Shown: positions 17,880 to 27,617, counted from the stretch's first letter. The stretch: 64,000 nucleotides of DNA from Candidatus Izemoplasmatales bacterium (GCA_050949045.1 JBMNEZ010000001.1:192001-256000); one strand, 5' to 3'. The notes: a model not told the origin generated them from the sequence alone. Translations and numbers: made by a program.

Positions 17880-18383
17880 ATGAAACTCGTATATATCGGT
17901 AAGATCGTTAATACTTGGGGACTTGATGGTTATGTGAAAGTCATCTCCGATACCGATTTCAAGGCTGAGCGCTATGATCAGAAAAATATCATCTATATTA
18001 AGACCGGTTCGAATTACGATAAGCAACAGATCGAAAGTTACAAACTGTCCAAAGGCTATGATCTTCTGAGATTCAAGGGCCTGGCCGATATCAACCTTGT
18101 CGAGAAATACAAAGGGAAAGAGCTGTATGTCGAGAAAAAACCCATCAAGGCCCAAATTGAAGGTGAGTATCATATCGATCAGATCGTCGGCTTGCCTGTT
18201 TTTCAGGGTGAAATGGAAGTTGGCGTGGTCAAAGATGTTAGAAGTTATCCTCAGAGCGACTATCTTGTCGTCTTGAAGCCCGATGGAAAAACAGCGCTGA
18301 TACCCTTTCTCGATGAATTTGTTCTTACCCTCGACCATGATCGGAAAATGATCAAAATCGTTGAAATGGAGGGTCTTCTGTGA
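17880..18383 (+). CDS. rimM: Ribosome maturation factor RimM
   Basis: IGKIVNTWGLDG, LIPFLDEFV, EGLL C-terminus; upstream of trmD. Confidence 0.92.
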   Translation: MKLVYIGKIVNTWGLDGYVKVISDTDFKAERYDQKNIIYIKTGSNYDKQQIESYKLSKGYDLLRFKGLADINLVEKYKGKELYVEKKPIKAQIEGEYHIDQIVGLPVFQGEMEVGVVKDVRSYPQSDYLVVLKPDGKTALIPFLDEFVLTLDHDRKMIKIVEMEGLL

Positions 18384-19066
18384 AAATCACGGTTCTGACA
18401 TTATTTCCGGAATTGTTTACGGGTTTTCTCACAACTTCGATTATCAAAAGAGCTCAGAATGCCGGCATCATCATGATCGATGTTATCGATTTTCGTGAAT
18501 TCTCCACCAACAAACACAAACAAGTCGACGATTCGCCCTATGGGGGCGGTGCGGGCATGGTCATCTCGGTTGAACCGGTTCATCGCGCCCTTCAAAGCAT
18601 CGCTGATTATGATAAGGCGACAAAGATCCTGCTTTCTCCCCAGGGAGCGACATTCGATCAGACAACGGCGATCAGGCTGGCAAAGACGAAGCATCTGATT
18701 CTTATCGCCGGTCATTATGAGGGGTTCGATGAACGTTTATGTGCCTATGTCGATGAGGAATTATCGATTGGCGACTATGTCCTGACAGGGGGAGAATTGC
18801 CGGCGATGGTCGTGATCGATGCCGTCACCAGGATGCTTCCTGGAGTTCTCGGAAAAAGCGAATCATTTGAAAAAGATTCCTTTTACTCAGGGATGCTAGA
18901 TTACCCTCAATATACGCGTCCGTATGATTATTTAGGGATGAAGGTGCCCGATGTCCTCATCAGCGGCAACCATCAGGAAATCGAAAAATGGCGGAAGGAA
19001 GAAGCCCGAAAAAAGACCAAGATGAAGAGACCTGACCTTCTAAAGGAGCAAAAACAAAAAGATTGA
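18380..19066 (+). CDS. trmD: tRNA (guanine37-N1)-methyltransferase
   Basis: VDDSPYGGGAGM, LLSPQG, GHYEGFDER, SIGDYVLTGGE, YPQYTRP. Confidence 0.97.
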   Translation: MKITVLTLFPELFTGFLTTSIIKRAQNAGIIMIDVIDFREFSTNKHKQVDDSPYGGGAGMVISVEPVHRALQSIADYDKATKILLSPQGATFDQTTAIRLAKTKHLILIAGHYEGFDERLCAYVDEELSIGDYVLTGGELPAMVVIDAVTRMLPGVLGKSESFEKDSFYSGMLDYPQYTRPYDYLGMKVPDVLISGNHQEIEKWRKEEARKKTKMKRPDLLKEQKQKD

Positions 19067-19123
19067 TTTCATTTTCTAAATATGATATAATTAACCCCGC
19101 TGTAAGAACGAGAAACAATTGCC

Positions 19124-19150
19124 GCATTCCGCTGGATTAGCCATGAATGC
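19124..19150 (+). ncRNA. L19 leader (ribosomal protein autoregulatory hairpin)
   Basis: GCATTC-CGC-TGG-attag-CCA-T-GAATGC hairpin with CCGCTG core directly before the rplS RBS. Confidence 0.6.
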
Positions 19151-19162
19151 CGGAAAAAGGAG

Positions 19163-19519
19163 ATGACCAAAATGTCGCAGCAGATCATCGAAAAGGTGAC
19201 AAACGAGTTTATCAAAAACGACATCCCCGATTTTCGCCCCGGAGACACCGTCAAGGTGTCGGTGAAGATCAAAGAGGGAAACCGCCAGCGGATCCAAGTG
19301 TTTGAGGGTCTATGCATCAAGAGGCAGGGAGGCGGCGTCAGCGAGTCTTTCACAGTCCGGAAGATGTCCTATGGCGTCGGTGTCGAAAGAACTTTCCCGG
19401 TTCATTCGCCTTCCATCGACAAGATCGAGGTTGCTCGCAGAGGCAAGGTCAGACGCGCTCATCTTGGATATATTCGCGGTTTGTCGGCCAAAGCTTCACG
19501 CATCAAAGAAAAACGCTAA
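19163..19519 (+). CDS. rplS: 50S ribosomal protein L19
   Basis: [31 protein letters not shown]. True start may be ATG 19172. Confidence 0.97.
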   Translation: MTKMSQQIIEKVTNEFIKNDIPDFRPGDTVKVSVKIKEGNRQRIQVFEGLCIKRQGGGVSESFTVRKMSYGVGVERTFPVHSPSIDKIEVARRGKVRRAHLGYIRGLSAKASRIKEKR

Positions 19520-19528
19520 CAGGAACTT

Positions 19529-19553
19529 AAGACGATCTTCGGATCGTCTTTTT
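19529..19553 (+). terminator. Intrinsic terminator after rplS
   Basis: AAGACGATC-TTCG-GATCGTCTT-TTT. Confidence 0.85.
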
Positions 19554-19626
19554 CCTAAGAAAAATTCGAGGAAAACGCAAAAGATTAATCAGCGAATGAA
19601 AATTCTTTCATTTTATGGAGAAAACA

Positions 19627-19655
19627 TTGAAAAACGCTTTCATAAATGTTAGAAT
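19627..19655 (+). promoter_or_regulatory. SigA promoter of ccpA with overlapping cre-like site
   Basis: TTGAAA-17 bp-TAGAAT with TG extension; TGAAAAACGCTTTCA (19628-19642) overlaps the -35 and spacer. Confidence 0.65.
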
Positions 19656-19691
19656 TATATGCAAGATCAACAGAAAGGGGGTGGGTTGACT

Positions 19692-20711
19692 ATGAACAAA
19701 GCGACCATCTACAATGTTGCCTACGCGGCCAATGTATCACTCGCTACGGTTTCTCGAACCTTGAACAATCCTCAAAAGGTTAAACCGGAAACCAGAGAAA
19801 GAGTCTTGCGTGTGATCAAAGAACTTGGTTATAAACCCAATGTTTTTGCAAAGGGACTGGCCAGCAAGAAGAGCACCACGGTCGGGGTGATTGTTCCCGA
19901 TATGTCCCGCGCCTCGATTGCGGAGATGCTTAATGGCATCAGCGTCGAAGCTAGGAAGTACAACTACTCTCTCCTATTGTATATTTTGATGGATGAAAAA
20001 GCGAATGAGCCCGAGATGCTTCGCGAGGTCGTTGCGAGCCAGGTCGACGGAATCCTCTATCTGAATGATGAGATCAACGAGGAACAATACGCCTTGCTCA
20101 ACATGATCCAAGACGAGTATAAGGTGCCGATCGTCCTCGCAAACACTCTTTACCCCTATGACAACAAACTCGTGACCGTCTGTATTGATTACTTCAAAGC
20201 TGCTTATGAACTAACGCAAAGGCTTGTTAATGAGGGACGTAAAAATATTTATTTGTTGACAACTGCACGAAAATACATGGTAAACGACCTCAAAGAGGAA
20301 GGCTATCTGAAAGCGATGAAGGAAGCCAATCTCGAACCTCACATTCTCAGGACCAGCGGCGATGTCTCGGTCAACACCGTTCATTTCAACGAATTGATTC
20401 AAGATTCGAAGACGAAGATCGATGGTGTAGTTGCCGTTCGGGATTCGATTGCGGTGTCGTTCATCAACTGCATGGTCGAAAAAGGCAAGAATGTTCCCTC
20501 CGACATCTCTGTCTACGGTTTTCAGAATACCAAGTACGCCTCGCTTTCCAGACCGAAACTCTCTTCAGTCGATATCCCGGTCATCGACATCGGGGCTAAA
20601 GCGATGGCATTTCTAAAGAATGAAATCGATGGCGACGCTGTTGAGGTCAAATTCAACGTCCTTCCTCATAGCATCATCGAACGCCAAACAACTAAATACG
20701 ACAAAGAATAA
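19692..20711 (+). CDS. ccpA: Catabolite control protein A (LacI family)
   Basis: TIYNVA..ANVSLATVSR, VKPETRERV, GYKPN.FAKGLASKKSTTVGVIVPD match the CcpA N-terminus. Confidence 0.8.
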   Translation: MNKATIYNVAYAANVSLATVSRTLNNPQKVKPETRERVLRVIKELGYKPNVFAKGLASKKSTTVGVIVPDMSRASIAEMLNGISVEARKYNYSLLLYILMDEKANEPEMLREVVASQVDGILYLNDEINEEQYALLNMIQDEYKVPIVLANTLYPYDNKLVTVCIDYFKAAYELTQRLVNEGRKNIYLLTTARKYMVNDLKEEGYLKAMKEANLEPHILRTSGDVSVNTVHFNELIQDSKTKIDGVVAVRDSIAVSFINCMVEKGKNVPSDISVYGFQNTKYASLSRPKLSSVDIPVIDIGAKAMAFLKNEIDGDAVEVKFNVLPHSIIERQTTKYDKE

Positions 20712-20910
20712 GATCCAGTAAAAGCGATGCTTGCCTTTTAGAGACCCGGCGGCTGGTGCAAGCCGGGGGAAGTGACGCTTTGAATTACGCTTATTCTGTC
20801 TCCGCAATGATGCGGACGGTCAAGCCGTTATCCTTGTAAGCGCACCAAATCGGTGAATTAAGGTGGTACCGCGGTTTTCAATCGTCCTTTTATATGGGCG
20901 ATTTTTATTT
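20703..20910 (+). ncRNA. T-box riboswitch (Tyr)
   Basis: AGAGA and GGTG motifs, specifier TAC (20786-20788), AAGGTGGTACCGCG (20860-20873), terminator AATCGTCC...GGGCGATT-T; precedes tyrS. Confidence 0.9.
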
Positions 20911-20936
20911 AGATAACAAGGAAAGGAAGATCATCT

Positions 20937-22175
20937 ATGAGTTTGATCGCGGATTTAAAATATAGAGAACTGATCTATGGGATGACCGATCCCGATCTGG
21001 AAAAGGCTCTTGACAAAGAGAAACTGGTCTTTTATATGGGGGTCGATCCCACGGCAGACAGTCTTCATATTGGGCATCTTTTGGCATGTTTGGTCGCAAA
21101 AAGATTGGGGAAACATGGCCATAAGCCCATCATAGTGATCGGTGGCGGTACAGGATTGATCGGCGATCCCAGTTTCCGCGCCCAGGAAAGGGCGTTATTG
21201 ACGATTGAGGCTTCGCTCAAAAATGCCGAAGGGATCACAAAACAGGTCAAGAAATTGTTGCCTGAGGCAACTGTCGTCAACAACTACGAATGGTTGTCAT
21301 CTTTGAATGCGATCGAGTTTCTCCGCGATATCGGCAAGCATTTCAACATCGCATATATGGTTGCTAAAGAGAGCGTCAAATCGCGGATCGAGACGGGGCT
21401 TTCGTTTACGGAATTCTCATATCAGATCATTCAGGCATGGGACTTCGAGCATCTGTTTAACAACTATGGTTGTTCTCTCCAAATCGGCGGCCAAGACCAG
21501 TGGGGCAACATCACCTCTGGCATGGAGTTGATCCGCAAGATCCACGGATCCGACAGCAAGGCCTATGGGTTGACCTTCCCGCTGGTGACAAGAGCGGACG
21601 GGACGAAATTCGGCAAAAGTGATGGCAGTAATCTCTGGTTAGATTCAAACAAATCATCGCCCTATGAGTTCTATCAATTTTGGATCAACACCGCCGATGA
21701 TGATGTGATTCAAAGGTTGAAACAATATACCTTTCTTGACAAGAAGGACATCGAAAACCTTGCCAAACAAGTCCTTGAATCACCGCATGAACGTCTCGCA
21801 CAAAAGACTCTCGCCAAGGAACTGACTACCTTTGTCCATGGCGAGGAAGCTTGTCAGGAGGCCATCAAGATCTCGGAAGCACTGTTCTCCGGAGAAATCC
21901 ATACGTTGTCAAAAGCAGAAATCACGACGGGCTTTAAAAATCTGATCGATGTCACTCTAGATTCTGAATGCCCTTTGGTTGAGTTGATGCTCGATCTTGG
22001 ACTGGCAGCCTCAAAACGGGAGGCACGAGAACTTATTCAAAACGGAGCCCTTAATGTGAACGGCAAAAAAATCACAGATTTGAACTATATCGTGGAAAAA
22101 GCCAATGCGATTGAATCGACCTATACCGTCATCAAAAAGGGGAAAAAAGCCTTTGCGATCGTCAAACACGCATAA
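20937..22175 (+). CDS. tyrS: Tyrosine--tRNA ligase
   Basis: GVDPTADSLHIGH, QIGGQDQWGNI, KFGKS, C-terminal S4 domain. Confidence 0.97.
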   Translation: MSLIADLKYRELIYGMTDPDLEKALDKEKLVFYMGVDPTADSLHIGHLLACLVAKRLGKHGHKPIIVIGGGTGLIGDPSFRAQERALLTIEASLKNAEGITKQVKKLLPEATVVNNYEWLSSLNAIEFLRDIGKHFNIAYMVAKESVKSRIETGLSFTEFSYQIIQAWDFEHLFNNYGCSLQIGGQDQWGNITSGMELIRKIHGSDSKAYGLTFPLVTRADGTKFGKSDGSNLWLDSNKSSPYEFYQFWINTADDDVIQRLKQYTFLDKKDIENLAKQVLESPHERLAQKTLAKELTTFVHGEEACQEAIKISEALFSGEIHTLSKAEITTGFKNLIDVTLDSECPLVELMLDLGLAASKREARELIQNGALNVNGKKITDLNYIVEKANAIESTYTVIKKGKKAFAIVKHA

Positions 22176-22176
22176 T

Positions 22177-22204
22177 AAAAGCCGGAAATCGTTACCGGCT
22201 TTTT
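22177..22204. terminator. Bidirectional terminator
   Basis: AAAAGCCGG-aaatcgtta-CCGGCTTTT between convergent genes. Confidence 0.8.
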
Positions 22205-22211
22205 ACTAGAT

Positions 22212-24350
22212 TTATTCCCGTTCGCGCCTTTTAGAGTATAAGTATCGAGTTTGATAAATGATGCGAAGAGCATTAAAGATGCAAAGAAGCGCCACTCCGA
22301 CATCCGCAAAGATCGATAACCACATGAACATGAAGCCAAGAGCCGACAAAACCATAGAGATGATTTTGACGATCAAGGAGAAAGCGATGTTTTGTTTGGT
22401 GATGCTGCTGGTTCGTTTGGCGATCCGGATTGCTTTGTCGAGCAGGCGAATGTCATTATTGATGATGACGACATCTGAGACTTCAATTGCCAGATCGCTG
22501 GCAGAACCCATGGAGACGCCGATATCGGCGTTTTTCAGAAGCGGAGCGTCATTGATGCCATCACCGACATAAAGGCTGATCGAATTGGTGCGGATTTGAT
22601 CAAACTTCTCTAATTTTTGTTCGGGGAGCAATTCGGCATAGTATTCGATTCCCCCCAGTTTGGCAGCGATGTCGGCGGCGGAATCCTCGTTGTCCCCCGT
22701 CAACATCACCGTGTCATAATACTTGGTGAATTCTCTAACGGTTGCTATTGATGTTTCCCTTAGCTCATCCTTGACAACGATATACCCCAAATATTGATCT
22801 GCATTTCCAAGGAAGGTATATGATCCGACAGGCAATTTTTCATCGGTTACGCTGATTCCGTTGGAAACCAAGAATCTCCGTGAACCCGCAAAATACCAGA
22901 CTCCGTCATGTTTGGCCTTGATACCGTATCCGGGGACTTCTTCGATGTCGCTAACCTCTAAAAGGGGCAATTGGTTTTTTTCGACGATCGCTTTTGCGAT
23001 TGGGTGGGACGAGTATCTTTCAATCGACGCGGCTAGTCTCAGTACCTCATCGTTTGTGTATTCCGTGACGAAAAAGGAGCCGTATGTCAGGGTGCCTGTC
23101 TTGTCAAGGGCAATTGTCTTGACATCGGTGATTGCATTTAGATAAGCGGAACCTTTGAAAAGAATGCCGTTCTTGGCGGCGACGCCGATGCCGGCATAAT
23201 ATGACAAAGGTATCGACAAAACCAATGAACAGGGACAGGAAATGACCAGAAAAGTCGCTGCACGGTAAATATATCCGGAATCGGTCGTGACATTGGCCGG
23301 GTCAAAGATCAAACCATAGATAACTAGCAAAGCGGCTAGCGCCACGACGATAGGCGTATAGATTTTGGCGAATTTAGAGATAAACATTTCAGTTTTTGAT
23401 TTTTTGATAGTTGAGTTTTCGATCAGGTCGATGACTCTGGCGAGTGTCGATTCAGAGTATGGCTTTGTCGTCTTGATATGGATGACATTGCCTACATTGA
23501 TGTTCCCGCTTAGAATCTCGTCGCCGATGTCCACATTTTTCAGATTGGCTTCGCCGGTTAATTCGCTGGTATTCAGACTTGTCGAGCCTTTGACGACGAT
23601 GCCGTCAATCGGGACACGCTCTCCGTTCTTGACGACAATCACTTCACCGACCATAACTCTTGTCGGATCCTTGACAACCATCTTTTCGCCTTCAAGAACA
23701 TTGGCGTACTCGACCTTGATGTTGACGAGAGATGTGATTTCTTTTCGTGATCTGGCTATGGCATGATTTTGTAGGAATTCACCGATGGAATAAAGAATAA
23801 CGACAGCGATGCTTTCTTCGTGCTTGCCGACAAACATCGCCGCGAAAGTGGCGATGATCATCAAAGTGCTTTCATTAAAAAAATTGAAATGTTTGATTCC
23901 GCGGGCCTGAGCAACCAGCAATTTAGATATCAACAACAGATACCCCAGCCAGTAAAGCAAGGTCGTTATCCAATGGTCATACAGTTCATAGTTGGTGCCT
24001 AAGATGGCGTTGATTACCTGAGGTATCCGGTATGCGGCAAAAGTGTATAGAATAAGCAGCATTCCGATCAGCACAACCAAGTATTCTTTCAAAAAATTCG
24101 GCTTCTTGTCGTTAGTGGTTTTTGCATCGTAATATCTGGTTATGATGTTGTCCTCAAGCAAATCAACGATTTCCTTGATTTCCTTTAGGGCAATATCCAC
24201 ATCATAATCATCCTTGAAATCAACAAGCAGAGTTTGATTTGCGAAATTGAAACTGGCACTGTTCACATAAGGAAGACGAGCGACACGCCGTTCAATTTTG
24301 GCGATGCAATTGGCACAGGACAGATTCTTCATTTCGATTATTCGTATCAT
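22212..24350 (-). CDS. cadA: P1B-2 heavy-metal (Zn/Cd/Pb) exporting P-type ATPase, CadA/ZntA-like
   Basis: HMA CANC, LTGE, SCPC, DKTGT, SSHP, GDGINDAP, late-TM K and FADVG. ATG 24350 with AGGTG RBS. Confidence 0.88.
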   Translation of the reverse strand: MIRIIEMKNLSCANCIAKIERRVARLPYVNSASFNFANQTLLVDFKDDYDVDIALKEIKEIVDLLEDNIITRYYDAKTTNDKKPNFLKEYLVVLIGMLLILYTFAAYRIPQVINAILGTNYELYDHWITTLLYWLGYLLLISKLLVAQARGIKHFNFFNESTLMIIATFAAMFVGKHEESIAVVILYSIGEFLQNHAIARSRKEITSLVNIKVEYANVLEGEKMVVKDPTRVMVGEVIVVKNGERVPIDGIVVKGSTSLNTSELTGEANLKNVDIGDEILSGNINVGNVIHIKTTKPYSESTLARVIDLIENSTIKKSKTEMFISKFAKIYTPIVVALAALLVIYGLIFDPANVTTDSGYIYRAATFLVISCPCSLVLSIPLSYYAGIGVAAKNGILFKGSAYLNAITDVKTIALDKTGTLTYGSFFVTEYTNDEVLRLAASIERYSSHPIAKAIVEKNQLPLLEVSDIEEVPGYGIKAKHDGVWYFAGSRRFLVSNGISVTDEKLPVGSYTFLGNADQYLGYIVVKDELRETSIATVREFTKYYDTVMLTGDNEDSAADIAAKLGGIEYYAELLPEQKLEKFDQIRTNSISLYVGDGINDAPLLKNADIGVSMGSASDLAIEVSDVVIINNDIRLLDKAIRIAKRTSSITKQNIAFSLIVKIISMVLSALGFMFMWLSIFADVGVALLCIFNALRIIYQTRYLYSKRRERE

Positions 24351-24374
24351 CGTTAACACCTGAGTTTATAGATG

Positions 24375-24439
24375 AGAGCATTCTATGAATGCTCTTGAAT
24401 GTTATACAAACATTATACTTTATTTTTGGTTAAAGTCAA
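24375..24439 (-). promoter_or_regulatory. Promoter and palindromic operator of the metal ATPase
   Basis: Minus strand TTGACT (24434-24439), 16 bp, TATAAT (24412-24417); perfect inverted repeat AGAGCATTC-tat-GAATGCTCT (24375-24395). Confidence 0.6.
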
Positions 24440-24544
24440 TTAGCCTCGCTGCTATTGTCATGGAAAATCAGATGTCTCGTTCAGGGTTTTGGCTTTGACT
24501 TCCGCTTATGGTATGATAAAATAATAACAGTGAGGAGTGATGTC

Positions 24545-25903
24545 ATGGATTGGTTGAAAGAAGCCCAAAAAGCAAGGCGCGAATACTTGGATAAAACAAA
24601 TAAATTGCTTAAGATTCCAACTGTGCTTGAAAAATTTGACGAAAGTAATTACGATGCGCCTTTTGGAGCACCGATCCGCGATGCTCTCGATTTGATGCTG
24701 GAATATGGCAAAAAAGATGGCTTCATCACGAAAAACATCGACAATTACGCCGGGCACATTGAAATGGGCGAAGGCGATGAAGTGGTCGGCATCCTCGGCC
24801 ATCTTGACGTTGTCCCAGCAGGTGAGAAATGGACCTATCCGCCATTTGCGGCTTCGCTTGTGGATGGGAAAGTCTATGCCAGGGGTGCGATGGACGACAA
24901 AGGCCCAACCATGGCCGCCTATATGGCGATGAAACTCGTCAAAGACAGCGGTATTGTTCTCAATAAGAAAGTCCGTTTGATTCTTGGCTGTGATGAGGAA
25001 TCGGGGATGCGTTGCATCAATAGATATCTTGAAGTGGAAAAGATGCCCGATCTTGGGTTCGCTCCCGACGCTGAATTTCCCCTGATCTATGGCGAAAAAG
25101 GCATCTACAGTTTTGATATTGTGGGCAATGTATCCGATGATTTGATCATCTCAATCAACGCTGGAGACCGCTATAATGTCGTTCCGGAAAGCTGCGAAGT
25201 TGTCCTAAGCAAAGATCTGAGGCGTGAATTTACCGAGTATCTTGCCTTGAACAATTACCAAGGCGAGATCAAGGGCGATAAGTATGTGATCTATGGCAAA
25301 AGTGCCCACGCTGCCTGGCCACATCTTGGCCTCAACGCTATCTTCTTGATGGTTGACTTTTTGAAGCGCCATACCAAGAGCCCTTTGGTCAGTTTTCTCG
25401 ACAACTATTTTCTCTTTGACACACTAGGCAGAAAAATCGGCATTGACCACAATGATGCGGAAATGAAGGAATTAACGCTAAATTTAGCGAAAATCAACTT
25501 TGTGGATGAAGAGTTCCGGATCGGCTGTAATATCCGCTACCCCAAGGGCTATGATTTTGAAAAAGGGCGCCGCCTGATTGGCAAAGCCGCTAAGTCGATG
25601 GGGTTTGAGGTCATTGATCTGCGTAATTCTCCATTCCACTATGTTTCGCCAAAAGATGAGTTGGTTTTGAAACTGCATCAGGCGTATATCAAATACACCG
25701 GCGATGACAAATCGCCTTTGATCACGATCGGCGGCGGAACATATGCCCGTATGCTGAAAAAAGCTGTCGCTTTTGGGGCAAGTTTTCCGGGGCAGGTCGA
25801 TCTCGCGCACCAACCGGATGAATATCTGATTATCGACGATATGTTGAAAGCGATTGCGATCTATGCGGAAAGCATTGTTCTTTTGGCGGGAAAGAGAGAC
25901 TGA
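24545..25903 (+). CDS. pepV: Dipeptidase PepV (M20 family)
   Basis: GHLDVVPAG, ARGAMDDKGP, GCDEESG, PDAEFP, GGGTYAR, AHQPDE. ATG 24545 after GAGGAG. Confidence 0.92.
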   Translation: MDWLKEAQKARREYLDKTNKLLKIPTVLEKFDESNYDAPFGAPIRDALDLMLEYGKKDGFITKNIDNYAGHIEMGEGDEVVGILGHLDVVPAGEKWTYPPFAASLVDGKVYARGAMDDKGPTMAAYMAMKLVKDSGIVLNKKVRLILGCDEESGMRCINRYLEVEKMPDLGFAPDAEFPLIYGEKGIYSFDIVGNVSDDLIISINAGDRYNVVPESCEVVLSKDLRREFTEYLALNNYQGEIKGDKYVIYGKSAHAAWPHLGLNAIFLMVDFLKRHTKSPLVSFLDNYFLFDTLGRKIGIDHNDAEMKELTLNLAKINFVDEEFRIGCNIRYPKGYDFEKGRRLIGKAAKSMGFEVIDLRNSPFHYVSPKDELVLKLHQAYIKYTGDDKSPLITIGGGTYARMLKKAVAFGASFPGQVDLAHQPDEYLIIDDMLKAIAIYAESIVLLAGKRD

Positions 25904-26556
25904 TGCGGTTAAGAAAAGTCAAATACGCTCCCATGTTGTTGTCGGCGAATCCACGGTTTGTCGTCAATGATCCTTTGTCTTTTCGGGGAAGATGGGCACA
26001 AGCTTTCCCCAATCACAACCAATGTCTTCATCTGGAGATCGGTTGCGGTAAGGGCAAGTTCATCACGGAGATGGCCAAACGTCATCCGGATCTCAATTTC
26101 ATCGCTCTTGAGAGGTTTGATTCGGTACTCGTCAGAGTGCTCGAAAAACTCATCAAGGATCCGCTTGACAATCTTTTGCTTGTGTGCGCTGACGCGGAAC
26201 AACTTCCATTGATGTTTTCAAAAGACGAGATCACAGGTCTGTATTTGAATTTTCCTGATCCCTGGCCTAAAAGGAGGCAGGCAAAGAAACGCCTGACCAC
26301 CACCAAGTTTTTGGATATGTATAGCGAGATCATGGCGGATAAGGGCATCATCAGATACAAAACCGATGATTTTGGTTTCTATCATTATTCACTCTTGTCT
26401 TTCAACAAACACCCATCGCTATGCATTACCCGTCAAAGCCTCGATCTCGCCAATAGCGACATCGATAACATCACGACCGAGTTTGAAGAGCGGTTTCAAA
26501 AACTGGGAAAACCGATCTTCTATCTTGAGGCCGTCAATCGAAGGAGGCTGCCTTGA
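25903..26556 (+). CDS. trmB: tRNA (guanine46-N7)-methyltransferase
   Basis: LEIGCGKG, LNFPDPWPK, YKTD, TEFEERF. Confidence 0.95.
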   Translation: MRLRKVKYAPMLLSANPRFVVNDPLSFRGRWAQAFPNHNQCLHLEIGCGKGKFITEMAKRHPDLNFIALERFDSVLVRVLEKLIKDPLDNLLLVCADAEQLPLMFSKDEITGLYLNFPDPWPKRRQAKKRLTTTKFLDMYSEIMADKGIIRYKTDDFGFYHYSLLSFNKHPSLCITRQSLDLANSDIDNITTEFEERFQKLGKPIFYLEAVNRRRLP

Positions 26557-27617
26557 AACAGTACTATCAAGATCTTGTGAATCTTCCGGGGATATCCGGG
26601 CATGAGAAAATCGTCAGAAAGTATCTGAGGGAAAAACTGGAAAAAATAGCAGAAAACGTCTACCAGGACAAACTCGGATCGATTTTTGGCGTGATCAACG
26701 AGAAAAAAGACGGGCCCACCGTTATGTTGGCGGGTCATATGGATGAAGTCGGGGCCATGGTTGCTGGGATAACCGACAAAGGCTTCATCAAGATGATCGC
26801 AATCGGATCGATCAATGTTCCAATAGCTTTGTCGCAATATATGACGGTTGTCACCGCCGATGGCGATGCCATCCCCGGAGTTGTCGGCGCCAAGCCGCCA
26901 CATCTTTTGCGCGACAAAGAAAACAAACAAATCGACAGCTTTGACGATCTTTTGCTTGATATCGGCGCCGATGACAAGGCTCACGCCGCACGGATGGGCG
27001 TGAAGATCGGACAGATGATCGTTTTCCAAAACAATTACCAAGAAACCAAGGACAAACAGAAGGTTTTCTCAAAAGCATGGGATAATCGTTTTGGCTGTGC
27101 GATGGCGCTCGATGTATTGGAATCAGTCGACAAGAATGAACTTCCCTGTAGGCTCTTTGCGGGCGCAACCGTTCAGGAAGAAGTCGGCTTGCGCGGAGCG
27201 AGAACCGCAGCTTACTTGATCAAACCTGATTTTTTCATTGCGGTCGACTGTTCCCCCTGCAGTGATACTTTCGAGGATTCGGATACAAGCGGGATACTCG
27301 GAGGGGGATTTATGATCCGCTTCTATGATCCCAAGTGCATCTTGCATCAGGGGGTCAGGAAGTTTATTGAGAAAACCGCTGCCAAGCACAATATCAAATA
27401 TCAATATTATAAATCGCTCGGGAGCACCGACGCAGCCGAAGTCCAGCTATCGGAAGCGGGTGTCTTGGCCTGTACGATCGGCATGCCCTCGCGGTATATC
27501 CATTCGACGACTTCAATGATCCACAAAAGCGATTATCAAGCTGTAAAAGCGATCATCATCGCAATGTTGAAGGAACTCGACAACAATAAAATCGCATCAA
27601 TCAGACAAGAAGTTTGA
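26553..27617 (+). CDS. M42 family (glutamyl) aminopeptidase
   Basis: GHMDEVG, KAWDNRFG, TVQEEVGLRGA, TDA, RYIHS. Confidence 0.92.
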   Translation: MKQYYQDLVNLPGISGHEKIVRKYLREKLEKIAENVYQDKLGSIFGVINEKKDGPTVMLAGHMDEVGAMVAGITDKGFIKMIAIGSINVPIALSQYMTVVTADGDAIPGVVGAKPPHLLRDKENKQIDSFDDLLLDIGADDKAHAARMGVKIGQMIVFQNNYQETKDKQKVFSKAWDNRFGCAMALDVLESVDKNELPCRLFAGATVQEEVGLRGARTAAYLIKPDFFIAVDCSPCSDTFEDSDTSGILGGGFMIRFYDPKCILHQGVRKFIEKTAAKHNIKYQYYKSLGSTDAAEVQLSEAGVLACTIGMPSRYIHSTTSMIHKSDYQAVKAIIIAMLKELDNNKIASIRQEV

